Assembly (NCBI GenBank): GCA_963798915.1
Contig: CAWCVB010000005.1
Location: forward strand, 409,291-473,290
Direction of reading: 5' to 3'
DNA from: an uncultured Gemmatimonadales bacterium
Lineage (GTDB): Bacteria > Gemmatimonadota > Gemmatimonadetes > Gemmatimonadales > GWC2-71-9
DNA length: 64,000 bases
The notes beneath the pieces are model-generated. The model saw nothing but the letters and a program-made list of their open reading frames with translations. It was not told where the DNA came from and searched no databases. The translations under genes and the position numbers were made by a program. This document shows positions 25,712-38,370 of the stretch, in pieces. How positions within the stretch are numbered: the first letter of the stretch is position 1; each line of letters opens with the position of its first letter.

Positions 25712-26492
25712 TCAGTGGCGTTGGGCAATCTTCAGAAGCAGGGCCGCAGCTTGCTGCTTGTTGCGCGGGTCATTCGGGTCGGCGGACGGCAGCCGTCCAA
25801 TGAACTCCAGCTGGGTGCGGGCTTCGGCCCAGCGCTTCAGGTCGACGTAGACCTGGGCGAGATCGAGGCGATGCACAATGCGGCGCGGGTTGAGTTCGAC
25901 GGCGCGCTCGAGGTTGGCTACGGCCCCGTCCCAGGACGCCTTGCTGAAGATCGCACCGCCCAGAAAGTTCCGGGCGACGAACCGTTCCACGCCCGACAGG
26001 CGCATGATCTCGGCGTTCCACCGGCCGAGGATGTGATATCCGCCGTCGTGCTCCGGGATTGAGCCGAATCGTCTGCAGCGCTTCGTCCCGTATTTCGCGC
26101 GCCCGCTCAACCCGTTCCTTCTTGCTCTTGGTGAGCGAGGCTCGGCCGATGGCGTCGGCCAGCACAAAGTGACCCTCGGCATCGTCGGGGCGAAGCGCCA
26201 CGGCGCGGCGCGCATACCGTTCAGCCAGTGCGTAGAGTGAATCGCGAGCGGCAGACTTGACGGTGTCCGGCGTTTGCTGGCCCACGTCGATGAGCGAGAG
26301 TGCCGTGCGCCAGTTCGCTTCGTAGCTGGCGGAATCCAGCTCCGCGGCCCGCTGGAAATCCTGCAGCGCGCCTTCCGCGTCGAGCGAGTCGCGCGCGGCA
26401 ATGCCGGCCTGAATCAGCTCGGCCGCCGTTTGGGCCGCCGCCGGCGCAGCAGCCGCGAGCGCCAGCGACAAAGATACCGCGAGTCCCCGCAT
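25712..26492 (-). CDS. Secreted TPR protein resembling RMDN/PTPIP51 family (apparent +1 frameshift near 26055)
   Basis: Signal peptide and TPR helices in ORF 25770..26492 continue as EHDGGYHILGRWNAEIMRLS... in ORF 25712..26401. Confidence 0.75.
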
Positions 26493-26534
26493 GCATTCTC
26501 CAGTCCACGGCTGTCCCGAGTGGGAGCCTGTTCA

Positions 26535-27860
26535 ATGGTCGTACCGCGGCTGATAGAGCGCAAGCGCGACGGTCAGGAGCTGGCGCCTGCTGAATGGACG
26601 GCGCTCATCGAGGCATTCGGGGCCGGGCAGGTGCCGGATTACCAGATGGCCGCCATGCTCATGGCGATCTTCTTCCGCGGTATGGGCGCGGCCGAGCTGA
26701 GTGCGCTGACCGACGCCATGCTTGGCAGCGGCGACTGCCTGCGGTTCGAGGGATGGCGGACGCCGCGGGTCGACAAGCACTCCACCGGTGGTGTGGGAGA
26801 CAAGACCAGCCTTCTGCTCGCCCCCATGCTCGCCGCCGCAGGCGTGGCTGTGCCGATGATGTCCGGCCGCGGCTTGGGGCACACCGGCGGAACCCTCGAC
26901 AAGCTCGAGTCGATCCGGGGATTCCGGACCGCCATTCCCCTTCGGGTCGCGGAAGAGCAGGTCAAGCGCCTCAACTGCGTCATGATTGGCCAGACACCCG
27001 AAATTGCGCCCGTGGACAAGAGGCTCTATGCCCTGCGGGACGTCACCGCCACCGTGGAATCGATCCCGCTCATCGCCGCAAGCATCATGTCCAAGAAACT
27101 CGCCGAAGGGTTGAATGGACTGGTGCTCGACGTGAAGACGGGCAGCGGAGCGTTTCTTCCCTCGACTGACGAGGCGCTGGACCTGGCCCGCACCATGGTG
27201 GCGCTGGGCGAAACCCGAGGCTGCCGGGTTACGGCGCTGCTGACCGCCATGGACCGGCCCCTGGGTCGGACTGCCGGCAACGCCCTGGAGGTACGGGAGG
27301 CCATTGAGGGCCTTCGGGGTGAGGGTCCCGATGACCTGATGGAAGTGACATTCGCGCTGGGCGCCGAAATGCTCGGTGTGGTCGGACTTGAAACCGATCC
27401 CGGAGCGGCGCGCAAGCGCCTGGCTGAAACCATTTCGTCGGGCCGCGCGCTGGAGCGACTGCAGCAGATGGTGGAAGCGCAGGGAGGGGACCCCGCGCTT
27501 GTCGAGCATCCCGAAGGGCTTCCGCTGGCGCCGACGCGGGAACCCTACCTGGCGCCGTTGTCAGGCTGGGTGACCTCGATCGAGCCGCGCGCCATTGGCC
27601 GGGCCATCGTAGCTCTGGGTGGTGGTCGCGCGCGCATGGAAGACACGATAGATCCGTCCGTCGGCTTCGTTTTCGAGGCCAAGCCGGGCGCATGGGTGGA
27701 GCGAGGTGAGCGGGTGGCCGAGATTCATGCGCAGAGCGCGGCGGCCGCTGCCGCCGGCGCGGACGCTCTCTCCGGCGCGATCACCATCGGGGAACGTGCG
27801 GAACTGCTGCCGCTGGTATCGCATCGCGTCACCGCCAACGGCGTGGAACGGGTGGCATGA
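26535..27860 (+). CDS. pdp: Thymidine/pyrimidine-nucleoside phosphorylase
   Basis: DKHSTGGVGDK, SGRGLGHTGGTLDKLESI, ASIMSKK. Confidence 0.93.
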   Translation: MVVPRLIERKRDGQELAPAEWTALIEAFGAGQVPDYQMAAMLMAIFFRGMGAAELSALTDAMLGSGDCLRFEGWRTPRVDKHSTGGVGDKTSLLLAPMLAAAGVAVPMMSGRGLGHTGGTLDKLESIRGFRTAIPLRVAEEQVKRLNCVMIGQTPEIAPVDKRLYALRDVTATVESIPLIAASIMSKKLAEGLNGLVLDVKTGSGAFLPSTDEALDLARTMVALGETRGCRVTALLTAMDRPLGRTAGNALEVREAIEGLRGEGPDDLMEVTFALGAEMLGVVGLETDPGAARKRLAETISSGRALERLQQMVEAQGGDPALVEHPEGLPLAPTREPYLAPLSGWVTSIEPRAIGRAIVALGGGRARMEDTIDPSVGFVFEAKPGAWVERGERVAEIHAQSAAAAAAGADALSGAITIGERAELLPLVSHRVTANGVERVA

Positions 27861-28099
27861 TCGTCTATCTTTTTGCGCTCATGGCCGCGCTGGCGCTGGC
27901 CGGATGGCTCATCCGTCGGGGCGAGCACAGCGAGTACCGCCAGCAGGATCGGCCGCCGGACGATGTGGACTGGGATGCACTGGAGGAGGCCGAGCGCGAA
28001 GTGCAGAGCTGGGATTCGACAATACGGCCGGAAGATGAGGCGCCGGGCGCCGATTGGGGGCCGGGCACTGGCCGGCCTCGGCCACCCGAGCTGCTGTAG
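27857..28099 (+). CDS. Small single-pass membrane protein with acidic tail
   Basis: ATGA overlap with pdp; N-terminal TM helix. Confidence 0.65.
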   Translation: MIVYLFALMAALALAGWLIRRGEHSEYRQQDRPPDDVDWDALEEAEREVQSWDSTIRPEDEAPGADWGPGTGRPRPPELL

Positions 28100-28106
28100 C
28101 ACCGGC

Positions 28107-28176
28107 AGGTCGTCGATGAGGCGACTCCGGTCTTCACCCGCTGCTGACGCCTGAAGACCGACGACCTATTCTGTTT
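28107..28176. terminator. Interrupted 16-bp inverted repeat between convergent genes (terminator or structured RNA)
   Basis: aggtcgtc (28107-14) plus ggtcttca (28129-36) pair with tgaagaccgacgacct (28152-67); T-rich run follows on + strand. Confidence 0.45.
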
Positions 28177-28186
28177 TCGTGTGAAA

Positions 28187-29458
28187 TTATCGGGACTGGG
28201 ATGGGGACGAATCGCGGCGAGTCTGGCGCAGCATCGCCAGCGCCAGGGCCACATTCACTGGCAGTGCGAAGGCTATGATCTCCCAGTTCATCTGGCTCCG
28301 TCCCGGAAGCAGCTTGACCAGCAAGCCCGCCACTGAGGTCAGCGCGACCACCAACGCCAGCCGCGCCGCCATCGGGGAAACGCGATGCCCGCGAAGCGCA
28401 CGCGGAAGGAACGGCAGGAGGAGCAGGGCCAGCGGGCACAGCTGCAGCAGGTTCTCGTTGGCGTACGTGGCCGTGTGATCGGTCAGCCCCCACAACCCCG
28501 CGACCAGCAGTCCACCCAGCCCGGACAGCAACAGCCAGCCAGTCGCGATGACCGCAAAACTCCAGCGCGCCAGACCTGAGTCCGACAGCCTCGACCCGGC
28601 GCCAACCAGCAGTCCGCCCGCGACCATCCCGGCCAGCAGGAACCACGGCCACCACCTTGGTGGTGTGATGGGTGGGGCTTCGCCGGTCGACCGGAACAAC
28701 AGTTCCTCTGCTTTGACCAGGGGCCGAGGCGTGCCGTCCGGGTCCCTCAGTGTAACGTCACGCAGATGGTCGCGCAGCGCCATCGGCAGGAACATCTCCT
28801 CATACTGGGAAATGGGGCGGTCGGTGGAGCGGCCCAGCCCCAGTTCAATGCCGACATAGACCGGCAGGCTATTCTCGGTCAGCCGGCGTGTCTCGGCGCG
28901 GAAGGTCGTCCCCGAAGGCAGGCCCTGTGTCTGCGCCTTGATGGCGCCGCCGATGACCCGGTCGAGGGCGTCTCGCACTCGCGTGGAGCAGTTGTCGTAG
29001 TAGTAATCGTAGTGATAGAACCGGTTCTCGGGCCGGACATTCCATTCCAGGAACTGCTTGAGGGCCAGGCGCTGTGGAGGCGAGAGGGCGAGTTCCTGGA
29101 TCCAGACCGACCGGTTGCGCTGGATGTAGGCGCCGAGTTCCGAGCGCACATTGCCGCCAGCCATCCAGTACAGCATGTCGCCCTTCAGGAAGCGCGGCCA
29201 GAAATCGGCGGCACCAAAGTCGAACATGCCGTAGTTATACCAGCGTGCCTCGCCGGTTATGCTGTCTTCCACCATGATGGCGTTGTGCCCGAAGCGCTCC
29301 CACACTTCGGCACCCGGGCCGATGGTAATGACGGAAATGCGGAGAGCTGTGCCAGAGGGCGAGACGGCCTGGCTCCGGAGGGAAACGAACGGCAGAACCA
29401 GAAGAAGGAGCAGCAACGCCAATATGCGGGACATGCTGCGGCCATGCCCGATGTTCAT
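28187..29458 (-). CDS. DUF4105 (Lnb-like) membrane protein
   Basis: FGHNAI, YNYGMFDF, YHYDYYYDNCSTRVRD, FLP motifs; C-terminal TM helices; start may be 29434. Confidence 0.85.
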   Translation of the reverse strand: MNIGHGRSMSRILALLLLLLVLPFVSLRSQAVSPSGTALRISVITIGPGAEVWERFGHNAIMVEDSITGEARWYNYGMFDFGAADFWPRFLKGDMLYWMAGGNVRSELGAYIQRNRSVWIQELALSPPQRLALKQFLEWNVRPENRFYHYDYYYDNCSTRVRDALDRVIGGAIKAQTQGLPSGTTFRAETRRLTENSLPVYVGIELGLGRSTDRPISQYEEMFLPMALRDHLRDVTLRDPDGTPRPLVKAEELLFRSTGEAPPITPPRWWPWFLLAGMVAGGLLVGAGSRLSDSGLARWSFAVIATGWLLLSGLGGLLVAGLWGLTDHTATYANENLLQLCPLALLLLPFLPRALRGHRVSPMAARLALVVALTSVAGLLVKLLPGRSQMNWEIIAFALPVNVALALAMLRQTRRDSSPSQSR

Positions 29459-32112
29459 TCGCCGCTCAGCTCCACCACCCATACATCGCTCTGCCGGTCG
29501 TTGATCGCAAAGAAGATGCGGTTGCCATCGGTCGCCCACTCGACCCGGTAGGACGGGCGCATCGGATCGTCGAAGATGACAAGAGGCCGGGGCGCGCTGC
29601 CGTCGCGCGGCAGCGCCCACAGCGTTGCTCTTCCCTCGGCATCGTGGCTCTTGAACCAGAGTGTGCGGTCGTCTGCCCCTTCGGCGGGCCATTCCGCATG
29701 CGGGTCATTCGTGCCAGGCCTCGGCGAATAGAGCGTGTCCACGGCGCCTGTAGCCGGCGAAACCTCGACAATGCGGCCATCGGGTGTATTGCCGGTCAGC
29801 CGCAGGCCATCATGGGACCAGCGTGGCCATACAAAGCGGCTGGCCAGTTGCCTGGCGGGGCCCCAGTGGCCATTCGCGCTTCGCTGCGAGATTGAGGTCA
29901 CGAACCCATCCCGGCTGTACCACGCAAGCGCCTTGCCGTCTGGCGCCCAATCGGCCACACGCTGTTCGCTGGCTGATGCCGCTACGCGCACCGGACTGCC
30001 GCCGCCCAGCGGGAGCACGAAAATCTGCCGCACGCCATCCTGAAGGGTGTGGTAGGCGATTTCGGTTCCATCCGGCGAGAGCGCCGGCTGGAACTCATCG
30101 GCGGCAGCGAATGTCAGCCGGCTCGCCTCGCCACCAGCAATCGGCATGCGGTACAGGTCGGAACTGCCGTGCAGGTTCGAATCGTACAGCAGCCACTTGC
30201 GATCGGCCGACACGCGAAATCCCTCGATGACCTGGCTGCCCGATGTCACCGCCCGCGCCACCGAAATTGACGCGGGCGGGGTATGCGGTACTGGCAGAGC
30301 CCAGATATTCGCCTTGGCGGTGTAGACCGCATAGGCGAGCTCCCTGCCGTCGCCTGCCAGGCTGACGGACATGGCGTTGAGGCCGGTCGTGAGGCGGGCC
30401 GGAGCTCCCCGCGGGTGAAAGGTCCGCGACAGGCGCAGCTGATAGATGTCGCGTGACCCGTCCCGGTCTGACACGTAGAAGAGCGAACGCCCATCGGGGG
30501 ACCAGACCGGGCTCTGGTTGTTGCGGATGCTGTCGGTCACCGGAATGGCCACGCCGCCCGTGACGGACAGGATGACAATGCCGCTCGGCGCGGTGTTCCC
30601 GAAATTGCTGCCCGGCTGCACGAACTCGGGATTGCCCGACACGCACGCAAGGGCGCGTCCCGTCGTTGACCAGGTGCAGGAGTGAAGCTGTCGGCCGGCC
30701 GCCACCGCAACGGCCATTCCCGTAGCGACGGTGAAATCGTACAGACTGTCACCGAGGGCGAACGCCACCTTCTTCCCGTCGGGCGACCACGCTGCCGAAC
30801 GAATGGCGACTCCTCCGCGGGCCGCGATCAACGGTCGGGCCTGCCCACCCAGCCCTGGGGCGGTGAAGACGCCGCCATTGGCCAGATACAGGATCGTGCT
30901 GCCGTCAGGTGACCAGCGAGGTTGCGTCTGGACCGCGCTGCTGTCATCGGTGAGCGGGATGACACGCCCGCCTCCGACCGGTCGGACAAAGATGCGGGTG
31001 CGGGTGGATGTGCCGGCGGCGTACGCCACGAACTTCGCGTCGGGCGCAATCGCTGGGAGAATTTCGAGGCCCGCATCGGCCGTAATCTGGGTCGCGGCCC
31101 CGAAGGTGACGCTCGCGGGCGGGCGCAGCAGTCGACCCATCGCAAAGGCCGCGGCCCCGACCAGCACGACCGCAACGCCGCCAAAAAGCAGGCCTCGCCG
31201 CCGGGTTGACGCGGACGCCACCGGTCGGGTGTCGGTTGGAGTCACGCCGCCGCTTGTGGCGGGCACGAGCTCCAGCTGCGCCAACAGCTCGTCGGCGCTC
31301 TGCCAGCGATCGGCGGCCCGCTTCTCCAGGCAGCGCATCACCGCACTGGTCAGCAGAGGGGAAATGGCCGGGCGCCGCTTGGAGATGGAATCGGGGATTT
31401 CGCTGACGTGGGCGGCGAGGACCTGTTGCGGCGTGTTCCCGATGAAGGGTGGCCGCCCGGACAGGAGTTCGTACGCCATCACGCCCACGGAGTAGATATC
31501 AGAGCGGTGGTCAATGTGGGTGTCAGCCGCGGCCTGCTCGGGCGACATGTAGGTCGGCGTGCCGATCGCCACGCCGAGGGTGGTGATGGTGTTGCGCCCG
31601 GTGGCCTCGCTGACCGCCTTGGCGACGCCGAAGTCGGCGACCAGCGCGTGGCGGCCGGAGAGCATCACGTTGTCGGGCTTGATGTCCCGGTGGACCACGC
31701 CGCGCGCATGGGCGTGGGCCAGCGCGTCGACGACTTCCTTGAGCAGCCGAAGCGCCTCGTGCAGGGGTAGCTCGCCCTCACGATCGATCCGTTCCCTGAG
31801 CGAGCCGCCCGAGACGAATGGCATGACGTAGTACAGGTACGCCGCGCCTTCGGCCCGCGTGATCTCGCCGGAGTCGAGCAGCGGCAGCACATTGGGGTGC
31901 TGAAGTTGGGCGGCGATTTCGATTTCGCGGAGAAATCGGGCAGGGCCGAGCGATGCGGCCAGATCCGCCCGCAGCACCTTGATGGCGACCTGCCGATGAT
32001 GCTTGAGGTCCTCGGCGAGATAGACCGTGGCCATGCCCCCCGTCCCCAGCTCACGGTCGAGCCGATACTGGAGAGCGAGCCCAGCCAGCAGTTCAGGTGG
32101 CAATTCGCTCAC
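29455..32112 (-). CDS. Hanks-type Ser/Thr kinase with TM helix and PD40/TolB-like propellers
   Basis: LGTGGMATVY, VAIK, HRDIKPDN, DFG, GTPTYMSPEQ; repeated P.WSPDG. Confidence 0.95.
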   Translation of the reverse strand: MSELPPELLAGLALQYRLDRELGTGGMATVYLAEDLKHHRQVAIKVLRADLAASLGPARFLREIEIAAQLQHPNVLPLLDSGEITRAEGAAYLYYVMPFVSGGSLRERIDREGELPLHEALRLLKEVVDALAHAHARGVVHRDIKPDNVMLSGRHALVADFGVAKAVSEATGRNTITTLGVAIGTPTYMSPEQAAADTHIDHRSDIYSVGVMAYELLSGRPPFIGNTPQQVLAAHVSEIPDSISKRRPAISPLLTSAVMRCLEKRAADRWQSADELLAQLELVPATSGGVTPTDTRPVASASTRRRGLLFGGVAVVLVGAAAFAMGRLLRPPASVTFGAATQITADAGLEILPAIAPDAKFVAYAAGTSTRTRIFVRPVGGGRVIPLTDDSSAVQTQPRWSPDGSTILYLANGGVFTAPGLGGQARPLIAARGGVAIRSAAWSPDGKKVAFALGDSLYDFTVATGMAVAVAAGRQLHSCTWSTTGRALACVSGNPEFVQPGSNFGNTAPSGIVILSVTGGVAIPVTDSIRNNQSPVWSPDGRSLFYVSDRDGSRDIYQLRLSRTFHPRGAPARLTTGLNAMSVSLAGDGRELAYAVYTAKANIWALPVPHTPPASISVARAVTSGSQVIEGFRVSADRKWLLYDSNLHGSSDLYRMPIAGGEASRLTFAAADEFQPALSPDGTEIAYHTLQDGVRQIFVLPLGGGSPVRVAASASEQRVADWAPDGKALAWYSRDGFVTSISQRSANGHWGPARQLASRFVWPRWSHDGLRLTGNTPDGRIVEVSPATGAVDTLYSPRPGTNDPHAEWPAEGADDRTLWFKSHDAEGRATLWALPRDGSAPRPLVIFDDPMRPSYRVEWATDGNRIFFAINDRQSDVWVVELSGE

Positions 32113-32204
32113 GATGAACGGGCGATCATTCGCTCAAACGGCGCGATCCCACGCCAGCCAGGAGCCGGTCGCCGGGCCCGACGACGTGAATGTGCCGCCG
32201 GCGC

Positions 32205-34466
<2,262 letters not shown>

Positions 34467-34470
<4 letters not shown>

Positions 34471-35531
34471 GCCGCCACCTTGCCACCTCGTACATGCCAC
34501 ACCGGAAGGGCCAATCCCGCCGGCAGGTGGTCCTGCCGGGGTGCGGTCAGGAACACCTGACGCTCGGCGCCCGCGAGCAGCCGGGCCGCGAGTCGCTCCT
34601 GGCGTTCGGCATCCAGCTCGGCGAAGATGTCATCCAAGGCGAGCGCCGGCTCGGTTCCGCGGTCCTCCGCCAGCGTCCGCAGCTCGAGCAGCCGGAGCGC
34701 AATGGCCGAGGTTCGATGCTGGCCGGTGCTGCCGAAGGTGCGCTGCTCTCGCCCATCGAGCACGAGCCGCAGGTCGTCGCGGTGGGGACCGAGCCCGGTT
34801 GCGGCATGGGCCAGATCCCGCGCGAGGTGCTCCTCGAGCAGCACTGCCCAGGCGTCGACCTCCGCCAGCTCGGGGTGGCCACGGTAGAGCAGCCGGGTGT
34901 CGGCCCGCTCTCCCAACGCTTCCATCTCCTCGACGAAGGCCGGCTGCGCCCGCTCCACCCAGGCAAGGCGTGCACGGATCACCGCAGCCCCTGCTCGCGC
35001 CAACGGCTGGTTGAAGGCCGTTGCCAGATCGCCGCGCCCCAGCCGCAGCGCGCCATTGCGCTGTGCCAGCGCGCTTCGATAGCGCGAGAGGGCGCCGAGG
35101 TACGCGCTGTCAGCCAGTGCGAGCAGCCGGTCGAGATAGAGCCGGCGCCCGGCAGCCGGGCCGGAGGCAAGGGCGACATCCCCTGGCAGGAAGGCGACGG
35201 CCAGCCAGGAGCCGATGGCATCGGACAGGCGACCTGCCTCATTCCCGCCGACGGCGATGCGCTTGCGTCGCTCCGCCGTGTTCCACTGGGCGGCCACTTC
35301 CCGGCCATGCCCCCACGTGACCACCCGGAAGCCCGTGCCCGAGAAGCGCACCAGTTCAGCATCGGCCGCTCCGCGGATCGATCGGCAGAGCACCGTGTAA
35401 CAGAGTGCCTCGAGCAGGTTGGACTTGCCCTGGCCGTTGTCGCCAAGCAGCAGCATGCCGGCGGCCGGCACAGCCAGATCCAGATCCTCGAGGTTCCTGA
35501 ATCCGCGAGCGACCAGTCGGTCGAGACGCAC
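34467..35531 (-). CDS. recF: DNA replication/repair protein RecF
   Basis: GDNGQGKSNLLEA, RRLYLD, GPHRDDL, STGQ, LDDIFAELD. Confidence 0.96.
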
Positions 35532-35960
35532 TACTCGACAATGAGCGTGCGCGCAGCCGTGTCGCCGCGCACGCCGCCGATATCTGTGGCAAACACCAGC
35601 ACGGTCAGGGTGTCGCCCTTGTGGTTCGACGTCGAGATGGGAAGGATGAATCGGAGTGTATCCGTCGGCTCCTCGGGCGTGAGTGGCGGGAAGCGCTCGC
35701 TACCACCCACGACCAGCACGTACACAGAGTCCACACCGTCTTCGTCGATTGACCGGCCGGCCACCAGCGCCATCGGCCCCGTCGGGCACGCGGGCCAATC
35801 CTGCCTCCGGCGAATCGATAAATGTCACCGGGCCCTTGGCCGTCGACTCGGGACCGAAGATGGGGCGCGCCCGGTCGTTACAGCCCACCGCCATCAGCAG
35901 GACGCCTGCGCAGAGCGGCGCCAGGCCGGCCCTCAAACGGCAAATTATGGGGTGCGACAT
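35531..35960 (-). CDS. Small lipoprotein with beta-sandwich domain (apparent +1 frameshift near 35778)
   Basis: Lipobox AVGC in ORF 35700..35960 continues in ORF 35531..35773; junction in a G-run on the coding strand. Confidence 0.6.
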
Positions 35961-36008
35961 CCATGGAAATATAGCCGCTACGCCCCGCGAAAACGAGGGT
36001 CGCGCAGC

Positions 36009-36791
36009 CTATTTCCGATGGAATTCAGGAGCTCGCCGCGCCAGGAACGCGGCGGTCCCTTCGGCCATTTCGGGAGAGGTCGAGAGCAGTCCAAAAACCG
36101 CGGCCTCCTGAGCCAGCGCGGGTTCCAGCGCGAGGTCACTGCTTCCATCGACCAGCGCAAGGCAGGCACGGACCGCCAGCGGGCCATTGGCAAGCATCTG
36201 CCGCAGCAACGCGTCGGCTTCGGCAAGCAGCGTGTCAGCGGGCACCACGCGATTCACCAGCCCGATGCGGCAGGCTTCGGCGGCATCGATCATTGCGCCA
36301 GTCAGGAGCAGCTCAAGCGCGCGACCGCGGCCCACGAGCCGGGGAAGCCGAACGGTCGCACCGTAGCCCGGAGTGATGCCGAGCTTCACCTCCGGCTGGC
36401 CGAACCGGGCTGACGCCGACGCGATTCGCAGGTGGCAGCACATGGCCAGTTCACAACCGCCGCCAAGGGCAAAGCCGTTCACTGCGGCGATCACCGGCTT
36501 GCCCAGCGTTTCGATCTGGCGGAACACGGCCTGTCCCGTCCGTGCGCGTTGAGCACCATCCAGCGCGCCCTGTGCGGCGATTTCAGCGATGTCCGCGCCA
36601 GCGACAAATGCCTTGGGGCCCGCACCGGTGAGAATGACGCCCGCGACCTGCTCGTCGGCCGCGAGCCTGGTGGCCACTTCGCCCAGCTCGCGAATCACCG
36701 TGGCATTCAGGGCATTCAGCTTGTCGGGGCGATTGACGGTCACGGTGGCGACCCGCTCGTGGACGTCCAGGATCAAGGTTTCGAAGGACAT
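36009..36791 (-). CDS. Enoyl-CoA hydratase (crotonase)
   Basis: NRPDKLNAL, AFVAGADI, GFALGGGCEL, FGQPEVKLG. Confidence 0.93.
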   Translation of the reverse strand: MSFETLILDVHERVATVTVNRPDKLNALNATVIRELGEVATRLAADEQVAGVILTGAGPKAFVAGADIAEIAAQGALDGAQRARTGQAVFRQIETLGKPVIAAVNGFALGGGCELAMCCHLRIASASARFGQPEVKLGITPGYGATVRLPRLVGRGRALELLLTGAMIDAAEACRIGLVNRVVPADTLLAEADALLRQMLANGPLAVRACLALVDGSSDLALEPALAQEAAVFGLLSTSPEMAEGTAAFLARRAPEFHRK

Positions 36792-36894
36792 GGCCAACTC
36801 GGCAGGTTGGAAGTGGTAGGTTGGTAGCTGGAAGATAGTTGCCAGACCCGCTAACGTGGCGATCTTGAAGGTTGATTCCCGCTTCCCACTGCTC

Positions 36895-38370
36895 ATGCCT
36901 TGCATCCTTGCGCTGGACCAGGGGACCACCGGCTCACACGCGCTCGTCCTCCACGACGACGGGCATGTGCTGGGCACCGGCTACCGTCCGATCACGCAGT
37001 TCTTTCCCGAGCCCGGATGGGTGGAGCATGATCCGGATGAGATCTTCCGGCTCACGGTGGAGGCGGCGCGCGACGCCCTGCGCGCAGCTGGCGAGCAACC
37101 GGACGCGATCGGTATCACCAACCAGCGCGAGACGATCGTTCTCTGGGACCGTCGCACCCTCGCTCCGGTTGCGCCGGCAATCGTCTGGCAGGACCGCCGC
37201 ACCGCGCCGCGCTGCCGGGAGCTGCAGCGGAATGGGCAGGAAGCGGTTCTGCGCGAGCGAACCGGGCTGGTCGCGGACCCGTATTTCAGCGCCACCAAGC
37301 TCGAATGGCTCCTGCGCCAGCCAGCGGTGCGCCAGCGGGCGGCGCATGGGGAGCTCGCCGCCGGCACGATCGACTCGTGGCTTGTCGCCCGGCTGACCGG
37401 CGGCCGCACGCATGTTACCGACCATACCAATGCGTCCCGCACACTGCTTTACGATCTCTCGACCCGCACCTGGGCCGATGAGCTGCTGGCAATGTTCGGC
37501 ATTCCGCGGGAGCTGCTGCCACGTATTGTCGCGTCCGGTAGTATCGTCGCCGAGACGGACGCGGCCTGGTTCGGGCGACCGATCCCCATCGCCGGCATGG
37601 CGGGCGACCAGCAGGCGTCGCTCTTCGGGCTCGGCTGCATGGCCACGGGCGAGGCCAAGAACACCTACGGGACGGGCGCGTTCCTGCTGGTCCACCAGGG
37701 CGACGTGCTCCCCGTGCCGCCGCAAGGCGTGCTGGCGACCGCCGCCTGCGGCGCACGGGGCGAGCCCGCCTATGCCCTTGAAGGTTCCATTCTGATCGCG
37801 GGCGCCGCCGTCCAGTGGCTGCGTGATCAGCTCGGCATCATCTCCACGGCGGGCGAAACGGAACGGCTGGCCCGCAGCGTGCCCGACACCGGTGGCGTGC
37901 ATTTCGTGCCCGCATTTGCCGGACTTGGCACACCCCACTGGGCGCCCGAGGCGCGCGGCATGATTACCGGCCTGACCCGCGGAACCAGCCGCGCACACAT
38001 CGCGCGGGCCGCGCTGGAGGCCATGGCCTTTGGCACGGCGGAGCTCTATCGGGCGATGGGTGCGACGTCGGGCCTCAAGGTGGACGGTGGGGCATCGGCC
38101 AATGACTGGCTCATGCAGTTTCAGGCGGACATCCTGGGGACTCCCGTGCAGCGGCCGGATGTGATCGAATCCACGGCGCTCGGCGCGGCCGGGCTGGCCG
38201 GCGTGACCGTCGGCATCTGGAAGAATGCAGAGGCCTTTCTTGCGGCACGATCGTTCACCGAATTTGTGCCCCGGATGTCCGCCGCGGAGCGCGCGCGCCA
38301 GCTCGCCGGATGGAGGCGTGCGGTGGCGGCAACGCTTGCATGGGCAACGCCCGATCAGGTCACGGAATAG
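36895..38370 (+). CDS. glpK: Glycerol kinase
   Basis: ALDQGTT, GITNQRET, WQDRRT, TNASRT, GDQQA, KNTYGTG. Confidence 0.96.
   Translation: MPCILALDQGTTGSHALVLHDDGHVLGTGYRPITQFFPEPGWVEHDPDEIFRLTVEAARDALRAAGEQPDAIGITNQRETIVLWDRRTLAPVAPAIVWQDRRTAPRCRELQRNGQEAVLRERTGLVADPYFSATKLEWLLRQPAVRQRAAHGELAAGTIDSWLVARLTGGRTHVTDHTNASRTLLYDLSTRTWADELLAMFGIPRELLPRIVASGSIVAETDAAWFGRPIPIAGMAGDQQASLFGLGCMATGEAKNTYGTGAFLLVHQGDVLPVPPQGVLATAACGARGEPAYALEGSILIAGAAVQWLRDQLGIISTAGETERLARSVPDTGGVHFVPAFAGLGTPHWAPEARGMITGLTRGTSRAHIARAALEAMAFGTAELYRAMGATSGLKVDGGASANDWLMQFQADILGTPVQRPDVIESTALGAAGLAGVTVGIWKNAEAFLAARSFTEFVPRMSAAERARQLAGWRRAVAATLAWATPDQVTE

Noticed and set aside
28112..28155. Fluoride-riboswitch-like sequence (gtcgATGAGGcgac...gctgctgacgcct)
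   Set aside because: Loop is shorter than consensus, no downstream gene on that strand, and the CLC gene is 19 kb away and lacks CLC-F motifs
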